Positions 28,520-39,482 of a stretch of DNA of 56,230 bases are shown piece by piece. This DNA comes from Fibrobacteria bacterium. Lineage in GTDB: Bacteria > Fibrobacterota > Chitinivibrionia > Chitinivibrionales > FEN-1185. Position 1 is the first letter of the stretch; every line of letters begins with the position of its first letter. The notes below the pieces were generated by a model. The model saw only the letters and a program-made list of their open reading frames with translations. It was not told where the DNA came from and searched no databases. The stretch covers positions 1 through 56,230 of the forward strand of contig JBBIGR010000035.1 in the NCBI GenBank assembly GCA_037447435.1, given 5' to 3'. The translations under genes were made by a program, and so were the position numbers.

Positions 28520-29347
28520 TCAATCCGTTTTGCGTGCAAGTGTAATGGTAAAAGAGGCTTTAAATTGTTCGCCCGGATTTGCCATTTGATGGGTGGGGCC
28601 GTTATGGCCCATACCGCCTCTTCCGCCGTGTTTCCCGGCACCCATACCGCCGCCCGCACTCATTCCTTCTTCCGATGCGCCGCTTTCCGCCGTGTGCTGG
28701 ACTTCGGAATCCCGGGAGGAAAGATTGGCTGTTTCACATTTCAATTGAATGACAGTATCTTGACCGATGCCGATTGCGAATTTGTTCGCGGAATCTTCAC
28801 GCAAGGGAATTTTTGCTTCATAGACGAAATTGCCTTTTGGCGAATACTGTATACGCAACAGCAATCCGCAGGCATCGGCCTGGTTCAATTTCATGGGAAG
28901 CGTGTCGCTTTGCGTGGGGCCCAACACTTCCAGCTTTTCCAGCGACCGGTCGAAGAGGTCTTTCATTAATCCGTGCTCATGATCGGGGTTCTCTTCCATT
29001 GCCTGTTTTATTTCTTCGCGCGTCATACCGACGGGAAAATGTATCCCGAAAACCGAATGCTTGCCGGAATTTGTTTCGAATGTCATAGTAAGACCGTGAC
29101 GGACAATTTGTTCGTTGATCGACCGGTCCCACGACGATATGCATAAGTAAAGAAATTTGTCATCGTTTTGCATGCCGATGCCAAAAGGCCTGTCGGGGAT
29201 GTCTTGCAGGATTGCCTTCCACTCGTCGGGATTTGCATCGATTTTAATGTCCGTATTTTTCCAAACGCTGCTTAAAGGAAGCGAATGACAGTTACTGAAA
29301 AGGAGCATCGATATTGCCAAGACCAGCAATTTTGCGAAAAATTTCAT
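28520..29347 (-). CDS. Putative lipoprotein with Gly-rich tail
   Basis: Signal peptide ending LFSNC; IDANPDEW, NDDKFLYL. Confidence 0.75.
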   Translation of the reverse strand: MKFFAKLLVLAISMLLFSNCHSLPLSSVWKNTDIKIDANPDEWKAILQDIPDRPFGIGMQNDDKFLYLCISSWDRSINEQIVRHGLTMTFETNSGKHSVFGIHFPVGMTREEIKQAMEENPDHEHGLMKDLFDRSLEKLEVLGPTQSDTLPMKLNQADACGLLLRIQYSPKGNFVYEAKIPLREDSANKFAIGIGQDTVIQLKCETANLSSRDSEVQHTAESGASEEGMSAGGGMGAGKHGGRGGMGHNGPTHQMANPGEQFKASFTITLARKTD

Positions 29348-29398
29348 TGTATTGTCTTTCAACGGGTTGAGTGAAATTGTATTTCAGGTATTACTGTA

Positions 29399-29427
29399 TT
29401 AGACGATGAATGCGCGGCGGATGTTAC
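29399..29427 (-). promoter_or_regulatory. ECF-type promoter
   Basis: GTAACA-N16-CGTCTAA on the minus strand. Confidence 0.55.
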
Positions 29428-29436
29428 CGGTTTTTA

Positions 29437-29452
29437 TGCAACAGTTTTGCCA
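29437..29452 (-). promoter_or_regulatory. sigma54 promoter
   Basis: TGGCAAAACTGTTGCA on the minus strand. Confidence 0.55.
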
Positions 29453-29591
29453 AAATACAACGTTTATGTGGACGAGCTTCTTTAAATCCTGCCTTGTTGA
29501 TGATTTAGGCTTTAAATATTTCCGGCCCGCAAATTATTTTACTTTATTCATTATTATCGAATAATCCCTTTTTCAGTCAAAGGCAAAGAAC

Positions 29592-31364
29592 ATGCATCCT
29601 TATCGAACCCATACGTGCAATCAATTGAAGAAAACGGATATCGGAGCAAAAGTCAGGCTTTCGGGTTGGATACATTCCCGCCGCGACCACGGCGGAGTTC
29701 TATTCATCGATTTACGGGACAATTACGGGATTACCCAGGTTGTCGTGTATCCAACAGCAGCATTTCTCGATGAGGTTTCGCATTTGCCCAAGGAAACGGT
29801 TATTCGTTTCGACGGTGAAGTTGCTTTTCGGTCGGACGAAAACATCAACCCCAAACTTCCTACCGGGGAAATCGAGCTTATTGCGAGCGGTTTTGAAATT
29901 CTTGGCACCTGCGAGGCATTGCCGCTAAACGTTTTCCCCGAAGACGACGCGCCCGAAGACCTCCGGCTTACCAATCGCTTTTTGGATTTGCGCAGAAGTA
30001 AACTTCACCAGAATATCATTTTACGTTCGAATGTCATCGAGAGCATGAGGCGTCGCATGTGGGAACTGGGCTTCAAGGAATTCCAGACCCCGATTCTCAC
30101 AAGCTCATCTCCTGAAGGTGCCCGCGACTATCTCGTCCCTTCACGCGTGCATCCGGGTAAGTTTTACGCTTTGCCGCAGGCGCCGCAGCAGTTTAAACAA
30201 TTGCTCATGATGTCGAGCTTCGACAGGTATTTCCAAATCGCACCCTGTTTCCGGGATGAAGACGCTCGTGCCGATCGGTCTCCCGGTGAGTTTTACCAGC
30301 TCGATATCGAAATGTCTTTCGTCACGCAGGACGAAATTTTCAAGGTTGTTGAAAATGTTATACACGGCATCTTTGCCGAATTTTCTTCAAAGTCAATGGA
30401 TGCGCCGCCGTTTATCCGTATTCCCTACCGTGAGTCTATGGTCAAATACGGTACCGACAAACCGGACCTTCGTATTCCTATTGAAATGCGCGATTGCACA
30501 GATATTTTTGCAAAATCAGGATTCAATGCGTTTAAAAGCGCGATTGAATCGGGCGCAGTGGCGCGTGCGATTCCCGTCAAAGGGATTGCGACAAAACCGA
30601 GGAATTTCTTCGATAAAACCGTTGATCATGCAAAATCGATAGGGTCCAAAGGTCTGGCATATTTGCAATGGCTCGATACGGAAGTCAAGGGCCCGATCAT
30701 GAAGTTCCTCACGCCCGACGATGTGAGAAAAATCGAGGAGCTGTGCGGCGTTACCAAAGGAGATGTCGTGTTTTTCGTTTGCGATACACCGCAAGCGACC
30801 AACAGGATTTGCGGCGAAATGCGCGGCAAATTCGGTCGCGACCTCGAGCTTGTTGATAAAAACGCATTTAAGTTTTGCTGGATTGTTGATTTTCCTATGT
30901 ACGAATACGATGAAGAAAATAAATGCGTGGCGTTTTCGCACAACCCGTTTTCAATGCCCCAAGGCGGGCTCGAAGCGCTCAATACCAAAGATCCGCTGGA
31001 TATTCTTGCGTATCAATACGACATCGTATGCAACGGCATAGAATTGTCGAGCGGCGCAATACGGAACCATCAGCCGGAAGTAATGTACAGGGCTTTCGAA
31101 ATCGCAGGGTATTCCAAAGAAACGGTTGATCAGCGTTTCGGCGCAATGATCAATGCGTTCAAACTCGGTGCTCCTCCGCATGGCGGAATTGCTCCCGGTG
31201 TCGACCGGATCGTCATGCTTTTGGCCGATGAGCTAAACATAAGGGAAATTATAGCGTTTCCGATGAATCAGAAGGCGCAGGACCTCATGATGAATTCGCC
31301 TGCTCCGGTTTCCGATAAGCAATTGAAGGAATTACACATCAGAGTGGTGGAGCAGGTGCAATAG
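29592..31364 (+). CDS. aspS: Aspartate--tRNA ligase, probably non-discriminating
   Basis: [36 protein letters not shown]. Confidence 0.97.
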   Translation: MHPYRTHTCNQLKKTDIGAKVRLSGWIHSRRDHGGVLFIDLRDNYGITQVVVYPTAAFLDEVSHLPKETVIRFDGEVAFRSDENINPKLPTGEIELIASGFEILGTCEALPLNVFPEDDAPEDLRLTNRFLDLRRSKLHQNIILRSNVIESMRRRMWELGFKEFQTPILTSSSPEGARDYLVPSRVHPGKFYALPQAPQQFKQLLMMSSFDRYFQIAPCFRDEDARADRSPGEFYQLDIEMSFVTQDEIFKVVENVIHGIFAEFSSKSMDAPPFIRIPYRESMVKYGTDKPDLRIPIEMRDCTDIFAKSGFNAFKSAIESGAVARAIPVKGIATKPRNFFDKTVDHAKSIGSKGLAYLQWLDTEVKGPIMKFLTPDDVRKIEELCGVTKGDVVFFVCDTPQATNRICGEMRGKFGRDLELVDKNAFKFCWIVDFPMYEYDEENKCVAFSHNPFSMPQGGLEALNTKDPLDILAYQYDIVCNGIELSSGAIRNHQPEVMYRAFEIAGYSKETVDQRFGAMINAFKLGAPPHGGIAPGVDRIVMLLADELNIREIIAFPMNQKAQDLMMNSPAPVSDKQLKELHIRVVEQVQ

Positions 31365-31393
31365 ATTGGAAAATTGTTGTTTGTAAATTTCGG

Positions 31394-31423
31394 ACGCGCA
31401 TCAAGAATGTTGGTGCGCGTTTT
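31394..31423 (+). terminator. Terminator hairpin between convergent aspS and glgA
   Basis: ACGCGCATCAA/TTGGTGCGCGT followed by TTT. Confidence 0.6.
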
Positions 31424-31445
31424 CTATTCGTGGTCTTCCCGGCGT

Positions 31446-33047
31446 TCACACTGCGTGCATCGTATCGTAATTTTGCTTGTTTTCAATCGCCTTTTCATAT
31501 AACTTGACATATTCTAAAGCGCTTTTATTCCATGAAAAATCTTGTTGCATGGCGTTTTTAATAAGTTTTGTCATATGGTGTTTTCGATCGTAATAGGTGG
31601 AAATCGCCCAGCCTACGGTATAAAATAACGATCTGCTTGAAATGTCCCAGAACTTAAATCCCGTACCTTCGCCGGTTGCTTCATTGTAATTAATAACCGT
31701 GTCGTCGAGGCCCCCGGTTGCACGGACAATTGGAAGCGTGCCATAGCTTTGCGAGTAAATCTGGTTCAGCCCGCACGGTTCATATTTAGAGGGCATGAGG
31801 AAGAAGTCGCATCCGGCTTCGATAAGATGTGCCAGCTTATTGCTAAAGCCGATGAATGAACCTGCCTTACCGGGAAAACGTCTCGGCAGATCTCCGAAAT
31901 AGCTTGCAAGACCGCCGTCTCCGGAACCAAGAATGACAAATTGGACATGCATAGTTTTTAAAATGTTTTCGATGCAAGCGGCAATGTGATCGAATCCCTT
32001 TTGGTCGACGAAACGGCCGATAGTACCGATGAGGGCAATATGATTATCTTCAGTAAGAAGGAATTCTTTTTGCAAAGCCCGTTTACATTCCGATTTACCG
32101 AAAAGATCTTTATGGGAATATTGCGAAGGGATAAGGTTATCGTTTGTCGGGGACCAAATCGAGTAATCGGCACCGTTCAATATACCGCGGTAATTGTCGC
32201 CTTTATTTGAAAGGTATGGCGCGAGTCCGAACCCGCCGTACGGTGTCGTTGTTTCCCTTGCATAGGTCGGGCTCACAGTGTTGACGACATCGGCAAAATG
32301 AATGCCGCCTTTTAGCATATTGATTCGGCCATACGATTCAAACACTTCAGCAGTAAATAATGATTTGTTAAACCCCATGTACGACCAATGTTCGGAGGGA
32401 TAAACGCCTTGATATGCAATATTGTGCAGCGTAAGCACCGATGCAGCTTTGCCCAGTAGAGGGTCATTCCAATGCCAGGTTTTACAATAGGCCGGGCAGA
32501 GCGCGGTTTGCCAGTCGTTCGCATGGATAATGTCGGGCGAAAAGTTGATGTCCTTACAAATTTGAAGAGCTGCGCGCGATAAAAAAGCAAATCGTCGGGG
32601 GTTGTCTGCGTAGTCGTTCATGTTGTCATCATGGTACAGTCCCGATCTTCCAAAATAATGATTATGCTCCACCACATAAACGGTGACTCCGAAATCGGTG
32701 GTAATGCTTTGTATTCTGCACCATTCGCAGACGCCGCCCATCCAAACGCCGCATGATGAAAGCACGGTTGTCAACTCGTAGCCGTGATAGTTGATGAATG
32801 CGTATTTCGGGATGACGACACGAACATCGTGGCCCATTTTTTTAAGTTCCAGGGAAAGAGAGCCCACTATGTCGCCAAGTCCGCCGGCTTTGACAAAAGG
32901 TACCATTTCCGATGCAACCATAAGCACTTTGAGCGATGCCGCGGTCGAAGAGTCAGGAACGCTTTTTTTCGCTCTCGCAACAGTTTTTTTTATCGGAGCT
33001 ACGGTTTTAGTCGTTGACTTTTTAGGAGGTTTTATTTTTTGCTTAAT
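31446..33047 (-). CDS. glgA: Glycogen synthase; probable ATT start with a 40-aa Lys-rich extension (alternative GTG 32927)
   Basis: KAGGLGD, HANDWQ, LHNIAYQG, EPCGLNQ. Confidence 0.93.
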   Translation of the reverse strand: MKQKIKPPKKSTTKTVAPIKKTVARAKKSVPDSSTAASLKVLMVASEMVPFVKAGGLGDIVGSLSLELKKMGHDVRVVIPKYAFINYHGYELTTVLSSCGVWMGGVCEWCRIQSITTDFGVTVYVVEHNHYFGRSGLYHDDNMNDYADNPRRFAFLSRAALQICKDINFSPDIIHANDWQTALCPAYCKTWHWNDPLLGKAASVLTLHNIAYQGVYPSEHWSYMGFNKSLFTAEVFESYGRINMLKGGIHFADVVNTVSPTYARETTTPYGGFGLAPYLSNKGDNYRGILNGADYSIWSPTNDNLIPSQYSHKDLFGKSECKRALQKEFLLTEDNHIALIGTIGRFVDQKGFDHIAACIENILKTMHVQFVILGSGDGGLASYFGDLPRRFPGKAGSFIGFSNKLAHLIEAGCDFFLMPSKYEPCGLNQIYSQSYGTLPIVRATGGLDDTVINYNEATGEGTGFKFWDISSRSLFYTVGWAISTYYDRKHHMTKLIKNAMQQDFSWNKSALEYVKLYEKAIENKQNYDTMHAV

Positions 33048-33247
33048 GGGGAACTATCCTTTTAAAAAGGCACCATATCGGATTAATTATAATCCTAGAT
33101 CACGAAATTTAAGGATGTAAAGCCACTGATAATGCGGACCTTACCCCAAAAAACTGCGAAATTTAAATTTCTCAAAAGAAGATAAAAATAACCTGATTAT
33201 GGGGCAAATGCAATACATTGCCTTGCTTTTTGTACCCTGAAGAAAAG

Positions 33248-33284
33248 AAAAAAGCCATCGGTACATTTAGTACCGATGGCTTTT
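33248..33284 (-). terminator. Intrinsic terminator after glutamine synthetase
   Basis: AAAAGCCATCGGTAC/GTACCGATGGCTTTT. Confidence 0.85.
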
Positions 33285-33304
33285 GAAAATCAATACCGAA
33301 ACTA

Positions 33305-35497
33305 TCAGCAGATAAATAGCATTTCTTTGTATTTTGGCAATAACCACAATTCGTCCGGCATTTTTGATTCAAGATCGTCGACATGCTTACGGACATGTTC
33401 CATCAACGGTTTAAGTTGTGAGAAATAAATCCGTGCTTTGTCCTCAAGTTCTGTGGACTCCGCCTTTTTAAGCAAGTCATTCATCTTTTTAAGATTTTTC
33501 CGAACATAAAGAATGTCTTCGGTGATTTCCGTAAACAATTCTTTACGGTCCTCAACGGCACCCTCGGGCATTTTAATGGACTTGTCTTCGGAATAATCCA
33601 AAAGCATGTCCAATCCGTTTGCAACGTCGCTTTGGAAGGTGAATGCGGGCGGAATCACTTGCGTATTAACCATTTCGGATAATGTTCGTGCTTCGATTTC
33701 GAGGATTTTGGTATACATTTCAACCCAAATGTGATAACGGGCAACCATTTCGACCCGAGATAAAACACCGTGTTTTTCGAACAATTCGATATTTTCAGGC
33801 TTGATAAATGCTTTAAGTGCTTCCGGAGAAGACGGTTCATTTTGAAGACCGCGACGTTTTGCCTCTTCAACCCATTCCTGAGAATAGTTGTTTCCTTCGA
33901 ATTGGATATTCTTGGTCTGCTTTATAACACGTGCAAGAACGGCAAGAACAGCTGCTTCGAAATTCTTGGTTTTTTTCTGTTCATCCTGAATCATGAGCGC
34001 GATTGCATTCATGGATTCGGCGACAACCGTATTGACAACAGCGATTGAGGTGGAAATGTTAATGGAACTTCCCAATGCCCGGAATTCAAATTTTGCGCCG
34101 GTAAACGCGAACGGTGATGTACGGTTTCTGTCCGATGTATCCCGAATGAACTGAGGGAGAAGACCAACGCCAAGGTCGATAGTGTCGAGTTTTTTGACTT
34201 TTTTAATTTCACCTTTTTCGATTTGTTCGAGAATTGCCGAAAGTTGTTCACCCAAAAACACGGAAACGATGGCCGGCGGTGCTTCATTTGCGCCAAGACG
34301 GTGTTCGTTGCCTGCTGTTGCAACGGATGCACGAAGAAGGTCTGCATGATTGTAAACAGCATGGATCACGGAAACAAGAACGGTCAAAAATTGAAGATTT
34401 TGTTCCGGTGTTTCCCCGGGATTGAGAAGGTTATTACCTTTGTCATCTGCCAAAGACCAATTCAAATGTTTCCCACTGCCGTTAATTCCGGCAAAGGGCT
34501 TTTCATGTAAAAGGCAAACAAGCCCATGGCGGCGAGCAACTTTTTTCATGATATCCATGAGAAGCTGGTTATGATCAGCTGCCATGTTAGAACGTTCGAA
34601 AATCGGTGCAAATTCATATTGATGCGGCGCAACTTCGTTATGACGGGTTGTCACCGGAATTCCGATTTTATAAGATTCTTCGGCTGCTTCATTCATGAAG
34701 TTAAGGATGCGTTCCTTGATGGAACCGAAATACTGGTCTTCGAGCTGTTGCCCCTTGGGAGATGGTGCACCGATAAGCGTGCGTCCGGCCAACTGAAGAT
34801 CGGTCCTGAGACGGTAATACGCTTCATCAATGAGGAAATATTCTTGTTCGGGACCGCAGGTTGAAAATACTTGTTTAGCATTGTGCCCCAAAATCTTGAG
34901 AAGATTGACCGCAGCCTTATTTACAGCAACATCGCTTCTGAGCAGCGGTAATTTTTTATCAAGAGCTTCACCGGTATAGGAAATAAAAATACAGGGAATG
35001 CACAAGGTCTTTCCCAGTTCAACTTCAGAGATAAACGCAGGGGAAGAAGGATCCCAAGCTGTATAGCCGCGTGCTTCGAATGTCGCACGAATTCCACCAG
35101 AGGGAAAGGAAGATGCGTCGGGTTCACCTTGAATAAGTTTGCTGCCGGAGAATTTCTCAACGACTTTGCTCTTTCCTGCGATCCCGATGAATCCATCGTG
35201 TTTTTCGGCAGTGAGACCGGTCATTGGCTGAAACCAATGAGTATAAGAAGTGGCACCTTTAGCAATAGCCCATTCTTTCATGGCGTTTGCAATTTCGTCG
35301 GCTTGTTTAGTGTTGATGACAACACCGGTATCCTGCCATTTTTTGAAGGCTTCGAAAGTTTTTTCAGATACTAATTTTTTCATGACTTCGTCGGTAAAAA
35401 GATTGTCACCGTAATAGCTTGAAACTTTGGGATGTTTTTCCCTTTCGGTGATGTCACAACTGCAAATACCCGTTGCGATGTCGGTTCTGATACTCAT
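33305..35497 (-). CDS. glnN: Glutamine synthetase type III
   Basis: 730 aa; THWFQPMTG, EPDASSFPSGG, HEKPFAGINGSGKH, DRNRTSPFAFTG. Confidence 0.95.
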   Translation of the reverse strand: MSIRTDIATGICSCDITEREKHPKVSSYYGDNLFTDEVMKKLVSEKTFEAFKKWQDTGVVINTKQADEIANAMKEWAIAKGATSYTHWFQPMTGLTAEKHDGFIGIAGKSKVVEKFSGSKLIQGEPDASSFPSGGIRATFEARGYTAWDPSSPAFISEVELGKTLCIPCIFISYTGEALDKKLPLLRSDVAVNKAAVNLLKILGHNAKQVFSTCGPEQEYFLIDEAYYRLRTDLQLAGRTLIGAPSPKGQQLEDQYFGSIKERILNFMNEAAEESYKIGIPVTTRHNEVAPHQYEFAPIFERSNMAADHNQLLMDIMKKVARRHGLVCLLHEKPFAGINGSGKHLNWSLADDKGNNLLNPGETPEQNLQFLTVLVSVIHAVYNHADLLRASVATAGNEHRLGANEAPPAIVSVFLGEQLSAILEQIEKGEIKKVKKLDTIDLGVGLLPQFIRDTSDRNRTSPFAFTGAKFEFRALGSSINISTSIAVVNTVVAESMNAIALMIQDEQKKTKNFEAAVLAVLARVIKQTKNIQFEGNNYSQEWVEEAKRRGLQNEPSSPEALKAFIKPENIELFEKHGVLSRVEMVARYHIWVEMYTKILEIEARTLSEMVNTQVIPPAFTFQSDVANGLDMLLDYSEDKSIKMPEGAVEDRKELFTEITEDILYVRKNLKKMNDLLKKAESTELEDKARIYFSQLKPLMEHVRKHVDDLESKMPDELWLLPKYKEMLFIC

Positions 35498-35655
35498 AAA
35501 GGTCTCCTTTTACAAGGGTTAAAAGTGAGAAAAATCCAGAAAATTATTATCGAGCTTTGTTTCAAATAAGACGTCGAATTGTTAAATATATTTTACGTGT
35601 TTTCAGGGAATCAATAAAAAGAAAGGTAAAAAAAATATTGATACAATAATGTATT

Positions 35656-37062
35656 TTATTGCCTTGTGTCAATGCGTGCGATGACCGCGTTAGGGCCTTT
35701 TTCAAGGAACTGGCAATGATCGGGGCAGATTAGGGAAAGTTTGACATCGCCGGGATGCTTGATATCAGGTAAAACGAGCGGTTCTGTTTTAATTTCGGTA
35801 ATATCGAATCTCCGGGTTTTGGGAACCATTACGGGGATTATTAACGGCGATAGCGCGATTTTTGCTTTTGCCATGTCTTTTAAAAAAGCCCCGCTCGTAA
35901 CGAGTTTTACCGGTATGTCAATTTCCGTCATACGGTACGCTTTAATTTTAATGGAATGGGGAAGGATTTGAGTCACAAGGAGCCCGGAAGGTTTATTTTG
36001 CAAGCTTCGCTCGGAAATCGGAATATCCACGGTGCCGTCGCGTAATTCACTTAAATCAAGAGCGACGGCCAGGGTGATCGGATCAAAGGAAAAATTCCGT
36101 TCCGGTCCGGACAATGAAACTCTCGCTTCGGCAAGGCCCGGATCGTCGATAATAAAGTCGGCCGGAACATTTCGACATTCAATCGGAACCGAAAATGTTC
36201 GGTGAATAGTTGCAACTCTATGCGCAAAGAACCACCACAGGCCGAAAGCAATTGCGAGAGCGGCAATTTTTAGGCCTGGATTTTTTGTAAGCCATTGCAT
36301 TTTCCGATTGGATGATTGTGATGGATGGACGCTTTGATAAAATGCCGTAAGCCGTGTTTTTAAAGTAACCGGCGAATCAAGTTTGTCAAGTTTTCCTTGC
36401 TGGGCGATACAGATTGTTCCTCGTTCTTCAGATACTACGATGATAAATGCGTCGCAACGCTCCGAAAGGCCCAAGGCTGCCGCATGCCGAGTGCCGGCAC
36501 GTCCCCCTTCGACGACATTCTGAGAAAGCGGCAAATAAACCCCATAACGTTCAAGAGACTCGCCTTCAACAATTACCGCGCCATCATGAGTAGGCGACTG
36601 TGTGTTGAATATTCCATAAAGGAGAGGCGAACTTATTTTCCCATTCAAGAGTACGCCACCGCGAATCTGCCGTTCAAGCGGTTCCATGCCTTTGATGACG
36701 ATGAGCGCTCCCACTCTGTCGTCGGCAAGTTTTGCAATCGATTCCGTAAGGATATCCACAGTATAATTCGATGCAATAAGGCCGTGCTTGGTATTGAAAA
36801 ATTTCATGGTGGCTAACCGTTCAAACATTCTTCGAATATCGGTATGAAAAATTAAAACAAGCGCGACTAGGATTGCGGTAAGCCCGGCGCTAAATAATTG
36901 GGAAGTTAGGTACATATCGGTTTGCCGGGCAAGGATATAAAGCACCATAGCAATACCAATGGCTATAGCCAGCGATCGTGACGCTTGTTGTTTAAGCCAC
37001 GCCAAACCAAAGTAAAGGACAACGGCAATAAAGGAAATATCCAGAAAGTCGGCTATGCGCAT
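35656..37062 (-). CDS. cdaA: Diadenylate cyclase (CdaA-type) fused to YbbR/CdaR-like domain
   Basis: 3 N-terminal TMs, HDGAV, GTRHAAA, VVSEERG; extra TM followed by YbbR-like repeats. Confidence 0.88.
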   Translation of the reverse strand: MRIADFLDISFIAVVLYFGLAWLKQQASRSLAIAIGIAMVLYILARQTDMYLTSQLFSAGLTAILVALVLIFHTDIRRMFERLATMKFFNTKHGLIASNYTVDILTESIAKLADDRVGALIVIKGMEPLERQIRGGVLLNGKISSPLLYGIFNTQSPTHDGAVIVEGESLERYGVYLPLSQNVVEGGRAGTRHAAALGLSERCDAFIIVVSEERGTICIAQQGKLDKLDSPVTLKTRLTAFYQSVHPSQSSNRKMQWLTKNPGLKIAALAIAFGLWWFFAHRVATIHRTFSVPIECRNVPADFIIDDPGLAEARVSLSGPERNFSFDPITLAVALDLSELRDGTVDIPISERSLQNKPSGLLVTQILPHSIKIKAYRMTEIDIPVKLVTSGAFLKDMAKAKIALSPLIIPVMVPKTRRFDITEIKTEPLVLPDIKHPGDVKLSLICPDHCQFLEKGPNAVIARIDTRQ

Positions 37063-37250
37063 AATAAAGAAATTACAACACGCACAGATGAAAAAAGAAG
37101 CATGAACTTTCTATCGAATATATTGCCGTTTTGTTTGTATTTGTAAATATAGGGCTACCTCACATAAATTTCGCTTGACCAAGATAATCGGATCAAATAA
37201 TTTTAATGAAAATTCAATGGCAATATCACAAATTTTTCAAGGAGAAAACA

Positions 37251-37418
37251 ATGGCACATACTATTACCGATGCTTGTATCGCTTGCGGAACCTGCATTCC
37301 GGAATGCCCGGTCGAGGCAATCAGCGAAGGCGATCCGATTTATCTTATCGACGCTGAAAAATGCACAGATTGCGGCGCCTGCGCTTCCGCATGTCCTGCA
37401 GAAGCAATTAAAGGCTAA
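37251..37418 (+). CDS. 2x[4Fe-4S] ferredoxin
   Basis: Two CxxCxxCxxxCP motifs; RBS AAGGAG. Confidence 0.95.
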   Translation: MAHTITDACIACGTCIPECPVEAISEGDPIYLIDAEKCTDCGACASACPAEAIKG

Positions 37419-37436
37419 TAACCTCGGTACATTTGG

Positions 37437-37472
37437 AAAAAGCCTTTCCTGTTTTTGCAGGAAAGGCTTTTT
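37437..37472 (+). terminator. Intrinsic terminator
   Basis: AAAAAGCCTTTCCTG/CAGGAAAGGCTTTTT. Confidence 0.85.
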
Positions 37473-37541
37473 GCTTGCCTCCAACACTTGCTCATCAATT
37501 TCCTTAACCCGTCCCGATCTACCCTAAGCTAATTTTAAAGT

Positions 37542-39482
37542 ATGAGCACTTATATTCTTTTGTTAGGCAAAGTGACGGATTCCGATGCGAAGCTTTGCAA
37601 GGCCGTCGCTTCCAAATCTTCTATCGATTTGCAAATCAGGCTAAACACCAGCGATGTTGTTATTGCCCAGGAAGCCGGTTTGCCCTGCGGATGTATTTCG
37701 TTTTTGGAACCGAACAGACAGAAAATTATAGATGTGTTCGGCGAAATGCCGCTTGGCTTTGGTCAGGAAATTCCGTTTTTCCAGAAAATCGAAACAGAGG
37801 ATGCGCCGGTCGATCTTTTAGACTTGCCGATAGACGGATTTTTTCAAACCCCTCTTGCCGCACTTTCCCTGTCGAATATTATTTCCGCAATGAAACGCCA
37901 TGGTTCCTTGCTGAACCAAAACCGGGAAATCATGGGCGAAATCATGAAATACCGCAAACAGAAACGGCAATTGATTTCAATCGCAACGTCGATTTCCGTT
38001 CACAGCGATTTGGATAATTTACTTTCGAGTATACTCGCGGAAACAAGGGACATCGTCGGTGCAGATGCCGGAAGCATATATATACGGGAAAAAAACGGTC
38101 CGGGCGGATCGTTTACCGATAAGATACGTTTCAAGATCTCTCAGAACGATTCCGTCGACATCGGACACAAATCGGAGGAATTCGTCGTTCCCATAGACCA
38201 GACAACGGTGGCGGGTTTTGTCGCCGGCACTGGGCGGTTGCTTAATATCGAGGATGTCTCCCAAGAAACCGGAAACGTTCCCTACAAAATCGGCCGGAAA
38301 GCCTATGAAAAGAAATTTGAATACAGTGTTAAGTCCATGTTGACCGTGCCGCTTAAAAATATGGCCGGCGAAGTAGCGGGTATTGTTCAACTTATGAACA
38401 AGAAATCCGATACGTCGGTGCGGCTTCATTCTCCCGCCGATACCGATCAGTACGTCGTACCGTTCACGCTTTCCGACGAAGATTTTATTCTGTCAATCGC
38501 TTCTCAGGCCGCGGTTTCCATCGAACGGGTACAACTGCACCAGGAGATCAAAAGCATTTTCGAAGGGTATCTGCGTTCCTCTATTGCCGCCATCGACGAG
38601 CGGGACCGCGTCACCTATGGCCATTCCCGCCGAGTCATGGGGTATGCGCTTGCTTTTGCCGATGCGATAAACCATGCGGGCAAGGAACTGTTCGACGGGG
38701 AAACCTTCGATGAAAACCGTAAAAGCCAATTCCGTTTTGCGGCATTGTTGCATGATATCGGCAAAATCGGCGTACCCGAGGCCTTGCTTACAAAAGAGTC
38801 TCGATTATCAAAAGAGGCGATGGACACGATATGCTTGCGGCTGGAATATGCCGGCGCCCGCATGAAATGGGCCGCGCACCCCGTCGCCGACGCGCCCTGG
38901 GAATCGCAAGAGGCCTTAGACCTGGACGGCGAATTCTTAAAAAAAGTGAATGGCTCGGGTTTTCTGAGCGATACCGATTTAGCGCGGCTAAAAGCAATCG
39001 CACAGAAACAGTATGTCGACGTTCACGGCGTCCAAAAGCCGATTCTCACCGACCGGGAATTTGAATGCCTGTCGATTCGAAAAGGGAACCTTACCGACGT
39101 CGAGCGGGAGCGCATAAATTCCCATGCCCAGGCAACACGGCGGATCCTTTCGCGTATTCCCTGGACAAAAGAGTTGTCGGCGATTCCGGATATAGCATGC
39201 CATCATCACGAAAAGCTCGATGGCTCCGGGTATCCCGACGGACTCACGGAAAAAAATATAAGTTTCGAAAGCAAGGCTCTTGCCGTTATTGATATTTACG
39301 AAGCGCTGGTGGCGCAAGACCGGCCCTACAAACCGAAAATGGCGCCGGAAAAAGCCATAGAAATTCTACGGGCCGAAGCAAACGCGAATCACCTGGACGC
39401 AAAAATCGTTGCATTCTTCGTGTCGTCGGGAATTTACAAAATCTTTTTAGACGAACAGTCAGATGCCGCTTTACCTCAATAA
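37542..39482 (+). CDS. GAF and HD-GYP domain phosphohydrolase
   Basis: GAF (SMLTVPL...QLMNKK), GHSRRV, LHDIGK, HHEKLDGSGYP, DRPYK. Confidence 0.9.
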   Translation: MSTYILLLGKVTDSDAKLCKAVASKSSIDLQIRLNTSDVVIAQEAGLPCGCISFLEPNRQKIIDVFGEMPLGFGQEIPFFQKIETEDAPVDLLDLPIDGFFQTPLAALSLSNIISAMKRHGSLLNQNREIMGEIMKYRKQKRQLISIATSISVHSDLDNLLSSILAETRDIVGADAGSIYIREKNGPGGSFTDKIRFKISQNDSVDIGHKSEEFVVPIDQTTVAGFVAGTGRLLNIEDVSQETGNVPYKIGRKAYEKKFEYSVKSMLTVPLKNMAGEVAGIVQLMNKKSDTSVRLHSPADTDQYVVPFTLSDEDFILSIASQAAVSIERVQLHQEIKSIFEGYLRSSIAAIDERDRVTYGHSRRVMGYALAFADAINHAGKELFDGETFDENRKSQFRFAALLHDIGKIGVPEALLTKESRLSKEAMDTICLRLEYAGARMKWAAHPVADAPWESQEALDLDGEFLKKVNGSGFLSDTDLARLKAIAQKQYVDVHGVQKPILTDREFECLSIRKGNLTDVERERINSHAQATRRILSRIPWTKELSAIPDIACHHHEKLDGSGYPDGLTEKNISFESKALAVIDIYEALVAQDRPYKPKMAPEKAIEILRAEANANHLDAKIVAFFVSSGIYKIFLDEQSDAALPQ

